Position numbers and translations under genes: made by a program. A stretch of DNA of 64,000 bases from Opitutus sp. GAS368. GTDB lineage: Bacteria > Verrucomicrobiota > Verrucomicrobiia > Opitutales > Opitutaceae. Below the pieces are notes generated by a model. The model was given only the letters and a program-made list of their open reading frames with translations. It searched no databases and was not told the origin of the DNA. Positions within the stretch are counted from its first letter, which is position 1. Each line of letters starts with the position of its first letter. The DNA is taken from positions 9,758 to 73,757 of the forward strand of contig CAMAVZ010000006.1 of the NCBI GenBank assembly GCA_945861645.1. Direction: 5' to 3'. Shown one piece after another: positions 57,921-64,000 of this stretch.

Positions 57921-59000
57921 ATGTCCAAAGCCGATAAATCCAAGTCCACCGAATCCCGCCTCGCCCCCGCCGAAAAATCTGCCAACGCCGCCCGCGAAAA
58001 AAATATCGATCTCGCGCTCTCCTCAATCACCAAACAATTCGGCGAAGGCTCCATCATGCGTCTCGGCAGCAACGCCAAGATGAAGGTCGACACGCTTTCA
58101 ACCGGTTCCCTCGCCATCGACCTCATGCTCGGCGTCGGCGGCCTGCCCCGCGGACGCATCATCGAAATCTATGGACCAGAATCCTCCGGTAAAACCACCT
58201 TTTGCTTAAGCGTTATTGCCGAAGCCCAGCGGCAAGGTGGCCTCGCCGCTTTTATCGACGTCGAACATGCCCTTGACCCCAAATATGCCCGCGTCGTTGG
58301 CGTCAGTCTCGACGACCTCCTCGTCTCCCAACCCGATTCGGGCGAAGACGCGCTCAACATCATGGAGACGCTCATTCGTTCAAACTCCATTGATGTGATC
58401 ATTCTCGACTCAGTCGCGGCCCTGATCACGAAGGCCGAACTTGATGGCCAAATGGGCGACATGACCATGGGCAGCCAAGCCCGCCTGATGTCGCAAGCCA
58501 TGCGCCGCCTCACCGCGGTCGTGAGCAAGACGAATTGCGTCTGTATTTTCACCAATCAAATCCGCGAAAAAATTGGCGTAATGTTTGGGAGCCCAGAGAC
58601 CACTTCCGGCGGTCGCGCGCTTAAATTCTTCGCTTCCGTTCGTCTCGATATTCGCCGCAAAGATCAGCTCAAGACGCCGGAGGGTAAAGTCATTGGCAAT
58701 CGCACAAAGTTGAAGGCCGTTAAAAACAAAGTTGCCCCGCCATTTACTGAGGTAGAATTCGATATTATGTACGACGAAGGCATTTCTGCGAGCGGTTCAC
58801 TCGTTGATCTCGGCATCGAGCACAAGGTCCTAGAAAAGAAAGGCGCGTGGATCGCGTACAATGGTGACTTAGTCGGTCAAGGTCGCGAAGCCGCCAAAGA
58901 AGCGCTCCGAACCAATCCCGATCTCGCCGCCAAAGTGAAGGCCGGCATTCTCGAAAAAGTTAAAGGTGGAGCCGTCGCTACGGTTGGAACGCCCGAGTAA
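57921..59000 (+). CDS. recA: Recombinase A
   Basis: [41 protein letters not shown]. Confidence 0.99.
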   Translation: MSKADKSKSTESRLAPAEKSANAAREKNIDLALSSITKQFGEGSIMRLGSNAKMKVDTLSTGSLAIDLMLGVGGLPRGRIIEIYGPESSGKTTFCLSVIAEAQRQGGLAAFIDVEHALDPKYARVVGVSLDDLLVSQPDSGEDALNIMETLIRSNSIDVIILDSVAALITKAELDGQMGDMTMGSQARLMSQAMRRLTAVVSKTNCVCIFTNQIREKIGVMFGSPETTSGGRALKFFASVRLDIRRKDQLKTPEGKVIGNRTKLKAVKNKVAPPFTEVEFDIMYDEGISASGSLVDLGIEHKVLEKKGAWIAYNGDLVGQGREAAKEALRTNPDLAAKVKAGILEKVKGGAVATVGTPE

Positions 59001-59005
59001 TCGTC

Positions 59006-59839
59006 GTGGTGCGCTTAGTTGAGCTGAACCTATCCTTGCGCCCATTATCGGCCTACCGAACCGCCGTCATTCTCATGGTGACGGCGGTTGTTTTAGCCGC
59101 CAAGCCAACCATCAGCCAGCCAGCCGCAGAAGATGCGGCCCCGGTCTTGCTCTCAACTAAGAGCCGTCCACCAGCTTGGAAGACGCTCTCCGAACTGCAG
59201 CATATTGCCGCGCAGGGCAACCCCGCCGCCTGTTTTGAGCTAGGCGTGCGGCTGCTGGAAGCTGACGGCGTTGCGCAAGATACGGCTCAGGCGATCGCGC
59301 TATTTACCCAAGCCGCTCAGGGCGGAGTCACTGATGCTACCTTTCGGCTCGGAAAAATTTATCACGACGGACTCGGGGTGCCCGTCGATTACCCCCGCGC
59401 ACTCGACTATTACACGATCGCGGCCCAAGCCGGCGTGATGGAAGCCCAGCATAATATCGGAGCCATGTTAGCCAGCGCGCGCGGGGTGAAACGCGATCTC
59501 GTTGAGAGCCTGACCTGGTTATTGATCGCCAATAAATTTGGCGACACCTCGGGCGCCGCCGCGCAAGTGCGCACCCGCTTAGCCCAACGCCCGAAGGACA
59601 TTACCGCCGCCGAGGCGCGCGCCGCTGAACTGCTCAAGGATCTCAAGCAGGCGACCGTTCAGGCTATGCTCTTGGTCAAAAATCCTGACGTCGGGTCGCC
59701 CTCTCCGGCTAAAACTCCCGCGGTAATTTTAGCCCCCAGTCCCCTGACTAATATCGCTCCGCCTAAAATTGAGTCGCCCGATTTATTTAAGATTTCTTTG
59801 CCGCCCATGCCCATCGAGCCCGGCGCGCCCAAAAAATAA
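59006..59839 (+). CDS. Sel1-repeat (TPR) protein with Pro-rich tail
   Basis: Three Sel1-like repeats (A.F.LG..Y..G.GV..D); start uncertain. Confidence 0.85.
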   Translation: MVRLVELNLSLRPLSAYRTAVILMVTAVVLAAKPTISQPAAEDAAPVLLSTKSRPPAWKTLSELQHIAAQGNPAACFELGVRLLEADGVAQDTAQAIALFTQAAQGGVTDATFRLGKIYHDGLGVPVDYPRALDYYTIAAQAGVMEAQHNIGAMLASARGVKRDLVESLTWLLIANKFGDTSGAAAQVRTRLAQRPKDITAAEARAAELLKDLKQATVQAMLLVKNPDVGSPSPAKTPAVILAPSPLTNIAPPKIESPDLFKISLPPMPIEPGAPKK

Positions 59840-60051
59840 TCCGAAGATAATTGATCGATCCGCGGCAGCGGCAAGCCCACCGAAATCTTGGGCCGAAGGT
59901 TCGCGGCGCCGCCGGAGCTCTCTCCTTTAATTTCGCCGCGCGACCGGCTTTTTTGTTTTGGCGACCAATAGTTCAGCAGCATTAAGGATCAGCTCAGCGG
60001 AATGCCGTGATTATAACTGGCAGTGGCGCGCGGGCATTTTTTGACTAGGCT

Positions 60052-60519
60052 GTGCGGATGATTCATTATTTACGGCGCGAACAATTTATTGCCGCGCCAC
60101 CGGCGACGGTCTGGGCTTATTTTGCGACGCCCAAAAATCTTAACGAACTGACGCCGTCCAGCGTGCGCTTTCAAATTATCGGTCAAGTTCCGACCACGAT
60201 GTATGCTGGCCAAATTATCACCTATCGCATTTCGCCGCTGCCCGGCCTGTGGTTAAATTGGATCACGGAGATTAGTGACGTCCAAGCCGGGCTAAGCTTT
60301 GTCGATATCCAGCGGAAGGGACCCTACAAATTATGGCACCATGAACATCGCTTCGTTCCTGAGGCGGGTGGCGTGCGCATGTTTGATGCAGTAACTTACG
60401 CGGTTGGCTGGGGTCCCGCCGGTTGGTTAGCTGAAAAATTATGGGTTAAGCGTCAGCTCAAACAGATTTTTGATTATCGCGCAGAACAAGTGGCGAAGAT
60501 TTTCCCCGAAAAAAAGTAG
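60052..60519 (+). CDS. SRPBCC family protein
   Basis: VWAYF..PKNL.ELTP, FVDIQRKGPY.LWHHEHRF, IFDYR. Confidence 0.88.
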   Translation: MRMIHYLRREQFIAAPPATVWAYFATPKNLNELTPSSVRFQIIGQVPTTMYAGQIITYRISPLPGLWLNWITEISDVQAGLSFVDIQRKGPYKLWHHEHRFVPEAGGVRMFDAVTYAVGWGPAGWLAEKLWVKRQLKQIFDYRAEQVAKIFPEKK

Positions 60520-60576
60520 CGCACCGACCCGTGCTTTCACTTTGCCTTCGCCGCGACGTTCGCTTGCGTCAGGCGA

Positions 60577-61929
60577 ATGTTAGTTCCTTCGGATACCATA
60601 GCGGCGCTCGCGACGCCCGTCGGCACCTCGGCGCTGGCGCTCATCCGCGCGAGCGGCCCCGCGGCGCGCTTGCTCGTGCCCGCACTATTTGCGCGAGCTC
60701 CCCTGCCCCGCACCGCGCAGCACGCTGACTACCGCGACCGGCAAGGAACTTTAATTGATGATGTGCTGTTCACTTTTTTTGCGGGCCCCAATTCATTTAC
60801 CGGCGAAGATTGTTTGGAGATTTCGTGTCACGGAAATCCCTTCATCGCCCAAAAGATCTTGGCTGATCTTCTCGCGCGGGGTTGTCGTTCCGCCGATCCG
60901 GGCGAATTTAGTAAACGCGCCTTTCTCAGCGGGCGCCTGGATTTAAGCCAAGCCGAAGCGGTGATGGATCTCATCCATGCCCGCAGTGATCAAGCTCTCG
61001 CCGCCGCTAATCAACAATTACGCGGCTCTCTTGGTCGTTACATGGCCGAGCTCACCACGCGCCTGATAAAAACCCTTGCTCACATTGAAGCTTATATCGA
61101 TTTTCCGGACGAGGACCTACCCGAAGAAAATAGGCAAAATATTGATAGAGATATAGATATATTGATAAAGGCTACCGCCAGGTTATTGACTACGAGCCAT
61201 TACGGAGCCCTGCTTAGGGCAGGCATTAAGACGGTTATTTTGGGTGAACCCAATGCGGGCAAGAGCAGCCTGTTGAATTGCTTAGTCGGACGTGAGCGAG
61301 CCTTGGTTAGTGCAGAGCCTGGGACGACCCGCGATTACCTCGAAGAGCTCATCGTCATTGGACCCTACTGGCTGAGGCTGATTGATACCGCTGGGCTTAA
61401 CCCCACCCCGGCGCCACTCGAGCAACGCGGCATTGATAAATCCCTCGAGCAAGCAACTCACGCCGACCTGTTTTTATGGGTTATCGACGCCACCCACCCG
61501 CGACCAGACCTGCCCAGTGATTTTAGCCGACTCCTCACGACTCAAAACACCCTCGTGGTGTATAATAAATGTGATCTGCCGGTAGTCGCTCAGAGCCCCC
61601 TGCCCCAGCCCTTCCAGAGCGTAAATTTTTCAACCATTAGGGCAGAAGGTCTAGCCGAGCTTCAGGCTGCCCTCGTCAATATGAGTGCATCATTTCAGGT
61701 AAAGGTCGGCTCTGAAGTAATTGCGATCAACGCGAGACACACCCAAGCGTTGGAACAGGCGCAAGACTGCCTCCAGTCAGCCAAGTTGAAATTAGCTCAG
61801 AACATAGCAAGCGAACTATTATCAAGCGACTTAAGATCTGCCCTAGAATCATTTGCGCAAATATCAGGGAAAATAGACCACGAAAGAATACTTGATGAAT
61901 TATTTGCTTCATTCTGCATAGGAAAGTAA
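60577..61929 (+). CDS. mnmE: tRNA modification GTPase MnmE
   Basis: DTIAALATP, GEPNAGKSS, PGTTRD, DTAG, NKCD, FCIGK. Confidence 0.97.
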   Translation: MLVPSDTIAALATPVGTSALALIRASGPAARLLVPALFARAPLPRTAQHADYRDRQGTLIDDVLFTFFAGPNSFTGEDCLEISCHGNPFIAQKILADLLARGCRSADPGEFSKRAFLSGRLDLSQAEAVMDLIHARSDQALAAANQQLRGSLGRYMAELTTRLIKTLAHIEAYIDFPDEDLPEENRQNIDRDIDILIKATARLLTTSHYGALLRAGIKTVILGEPNAGKSSLLNCLVGRERALVSAEPGTTRDYLEELIVIGPYWLRLIDTAGLNPTPAPLEQRGIDKSLEQATHADLFLWVIDATHPRPDLPSDFSRLLTTQNTLVVYNKCDLPVVAQSPLPQPFQSVNFSTIRAEGLAELQAALVNMSASFQVKVGSEVIAINARHTQALEQAQDCLQSAKLKLAQNIASELLSSDLRSALESFAQISGKIDHERILDELFASFCIGK

Positions 61930-61970
61930 TATGACATCAAAATATATACTTTGATGCAAAATTTTAAATT

Positions 61971-63845
61971 GTGATATACGATAAAAATCTCTTTGACGTA
62001 ATCGTCTGCGGCGCTGGGCACGCGGGAGTGGAGGCGAGTCTGGCGGCGGCGCGAATGGGGGCCTCTACCCTCTTGCTCACGGGAAATATCGATACGATTG
62101 CCCAAATGAGCTGTAATCCAGCCATTGGCGGGCAAGCTAAGGGCCAGATGGTGAGGGAAATTGATGCCCTCGGCGGAGAAATGGCCATTAATACCGACGT
62201 GACGGCGATCCAGTTTCGGTTGCTCAATGAATCCAAAGGTCCGGCAGTCCGTTCACCGCGAGCGCAATGCGATAAAAAGACTTATCAATTTCGTCTCAAA
62301 CACACCCTCGAGTTACAAAAAAACCTGCAGATCTTTCAGGCGACGGTTACTGGCCTAATTTACAAAAACGGGCGAGTAATTGGCTGCCAAACCAACCTGG
62401 ATATTGAGTTTATGGGCCGCACGGTGGTCGTAACTACAGGCACTTTTTTACGCGGACTGATGCATGTCGGCCAAAACAAGAATGAAGGTGGGCGGCTAGG
62501 GGACTTTAGCGCCAAAACCCTCTCGGCAAGCCTGCTGGAAGCCGGTATTGAGCTGCAGCGGCTTAAAACAGGCACACCTCCGCGGCTATTAGGGCGCAGT
62601 ATCAACTTTACTGGGCTCCAAGAACAAAAAGGGGATGCGCAACCGACCCTGTTTGCATTCCACGACACTCGCGACCCCGAGGACTTGTTCCACGTGGAAC
62701 AGACCGGTGAGCGCCGACTGGGCTGGAGCCCTGGCAGCGAGCAGGCATCGTGCTGGATGACTTACACGACTCCAGCCTCGGAGAAGATCGTGCGTGATAA
62801 TCTGCATAGATCAGCCATGTATTCGGGCGAAATTGAGGGGGTGGGCCCGCGCTATTGCCCGAGCATCGAGGATAAATTTGTGCGATTCGCGGATAAACCC
62901 CGTCACTTACTCTTTTTGGAGCCGGAGGGGAGAAGCACGAATGAATATTACATTAATGGCCTATCCACGAGCCTGCCATTTGAGGTGCAACTTGATCTCG
63001 TGCACAGCATCCCCGGGCTAGAACAGGCCGTCCTGCTGCGGCCGGCCTATGCGGTGGAATATGATTTCGCGCCGCCCACCCAACTCTTTCCATCCCTGGA
63101 ATCGCGCAAGGCCGAAAATCTTTTTTTAGCCGGTCAGATCAACGGCACCTCTGGCTACGAAGAAGCCGCCGCCCAGGGGCTGATCGCTGGGGTCAATGCG
63201 GTCCTAAAGGTGAGGGGGGAAGATCCTCTGATTATACAACGCCACGAAGGCTATATTGGGGTACTCATCGATGACTTGGTCACCAAAGGAACCATCGAAC
63301 CATACCGCATGTTTACGAGTCGCGCCGAGCATCGTTTACTCTTTAACCACGGCAGCGCTGAATTGCGTCTGGTCGAACATGCGAAATCATATAAACTAAT
63401 TTCTAACAATAGGATAAGAAATATTTTACATAAATTAAACCGGGTGCACTATTGGCAAAATTATCTTGAAAACACCCGATCAGGCGCGGGGAGGTGGGCG
63501 GAGGGAATCCGTCGTGATAAAGAGGTAGCAATTCTGCCTGCAGACCTGACGGCGGAGACCGCAGAAATTCGGGAGGAGGTGCTCTACCGCGTGATTTACG
63601 CTGGCTATCTAGAACGTGAGTTACGCCAAGTTGAGAAACTCAAGCACGTCGAAAAAATCCGCATCCCGCTTGCGCTGGATTATGCCGCTATTCCGAGCAT
63701 GAGGCGAGAAAGCGCCCTAAAATTGGCCCAGTTTCGTCCTCAAAACCTAGGCCAAGCGAGTCGGATTAGCGGGGTAAACCCTGCTGATATCAGCATTCTC
63801 ATGATTCAAATCGCGGCCCAACGTCGAGCGGCTGAACAATCGTGA
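61971..63845 (+). CDS. mnmG: tRNA uridine 5-carboxymethylaminomethyl modification enzyme MnmG (GidA)
   Basis: GAGHAG.EA, MSCNPAIGG, GPRYCPSIEDK, AGQINGTSGYEEAA, PYRMFTSRAE. Confidence 0.98.
   Translation: MIYDKNLFDVIVCGAGHAGVEASLAAARMGASTLLLTGNIDTIAQMSCNPAIGGQAKGQMVREIDALGGEMAINTDVTAIQFRLLNESKGPAVRSPRAQCDKKTYQFRLKHTLELQKNLQIFQATVTGLIYKNGRVIGCQTNLDIEFMGRTVVVTTGTFLRGLMHVGQNKNEGGRLGDFSAKTLSASLLEAGIELQRLKTGTPPRLLGRSINFTGLQEQKGDAQPTLFAFHDTRDPEDLFHVEQTGERRLGWSPGSEQASCWMTYTTPASEKIVRDNLHRSAMYSGEIEGVGPRYCPSIEDKFVRFADKPRHLLFLEPEGRSTNEYYINGLSTSLPFEVQLDLVHSIPGLEQAVLLRPAYAVEYDFAPPTQLFPSLESRKAENLFLAGQINGTSGYEEAAAQGLIAGVNAVLKVRGEDPLIIQRHEGYIGVLIDDLVTKGTIEPYRMFTSRAEHRLLFNHGSAELRLVEHAKSYKLISNNRIRNILHKLNRVHYWQNYLENTRSGAGRWAEGIRRDKEVAILPADLTAETAEIREEVLYRVIYAGYLERELRQVEKLKHVEKIRIPLALDYAAIPSMRRESALKLAQFRPQNLGQASRISGVNPADISILMIQIAAQRRAAEQS
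62686..62701. promoter_or_regulatory. parS: parS (ParB-binding centromere-like site)
   Basis: Perfect palindrome TGTTCCACGTGGAACA matching the canonical parS consensus. Confidence 0.85.
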
Positions 63846-63896
63846 GCCCGACGCTCGTAACTATCTCCCTAGGTTAATTTTACCAAAACAAGACCC

Positions 63897-64000
63897 GTGC
63901 CTATTAAGCCAGCATTTGTAGAGCTAATGGCGCAGCGGCGCGCCGATCTAAGCGCTAAACTCACCGCAATTTTTCCCGCCCCGCGAGCGATTGTCTGGGA
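63897..64000 (+). CDS. 5' part of an ORF running off the window (possibly a TrmB-like methyltransferase)
   Basis: GTG..MPIKPAFVELMAQRRADL..AIVW open to the edge; product is a guess from the onset of a possible SAM motif. Confidence 0.4.
   Translation, partial: MPIKPAFVELMAQRRADLSAKLTAIFPAPRAIVW

Noticed and set aside
62686-62701. LexA-type TGTTC..GAACA site
   Set aside because: The spacer is 6 nt with a CACGTG core and the site is intragenic; it fits parS instead
61000-64000. DnaA-box cluster
   Set aside because: Only degenerate matches (e.g. GGTGTATAA near 61557); no perfect TTATCCACA seen
1-64000. CRISPR arrays, tRNA/rRNA genes, prophage or defence genes
   Set aside because: None seen; the only tRNA-like sequences are the tmRNA ends and the attR fragment

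Overview
Chromosomal segment of a moderately GC-rich bacterium. Gene content and style suggest Verrucomicrobiota/Opitutaceae (inference: Opitutus-type ECF-FecR-TonB receptor, DUF5069, Tat Gfo/Idh/MocA genes). The backbone carries a lipid-modification operon (desaturase, FAD oxidoreductase, DUF1365, two Cfa-like methyltransferases), aroE, pilD, ygfZ, DAHP synthase, mdh, tmRNA, an OPT transporter, malQ, yebC, penicillin acylase, upp, a sugar ABC transporter, metY, serA, recA, mnmE and mnmG. The main accessory feature is a ~12.4 kb island with no integrase, inserted at the tmRNA 3' end and bounded by an exact 56-bp direct repeat (19251-19306 / 31686-31741) that also contains the last codons of the neighbouring OPT gene. 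Inside it, a 216/183-bp inverted repeat brackets the cargo, and a 29-bp ECF-type promoter motif (GATAACCCG-N12-YTGCGTCT) occurs four times. Two genes are collapsed into in-frame N/C-terminal mini-genes, and the TonB receptor has a second, internal signal peptide. Outside the island there is a probable leaderless 12-aa poly-Lys micro-protein with its own promoter and terminator, a structured leader before DAHP synthase, a kinase-like orphan, and a perfect parS palindrome inside mnmG near an apparent GC-skew switch. All protein calls come from motif recognition, not database searches.
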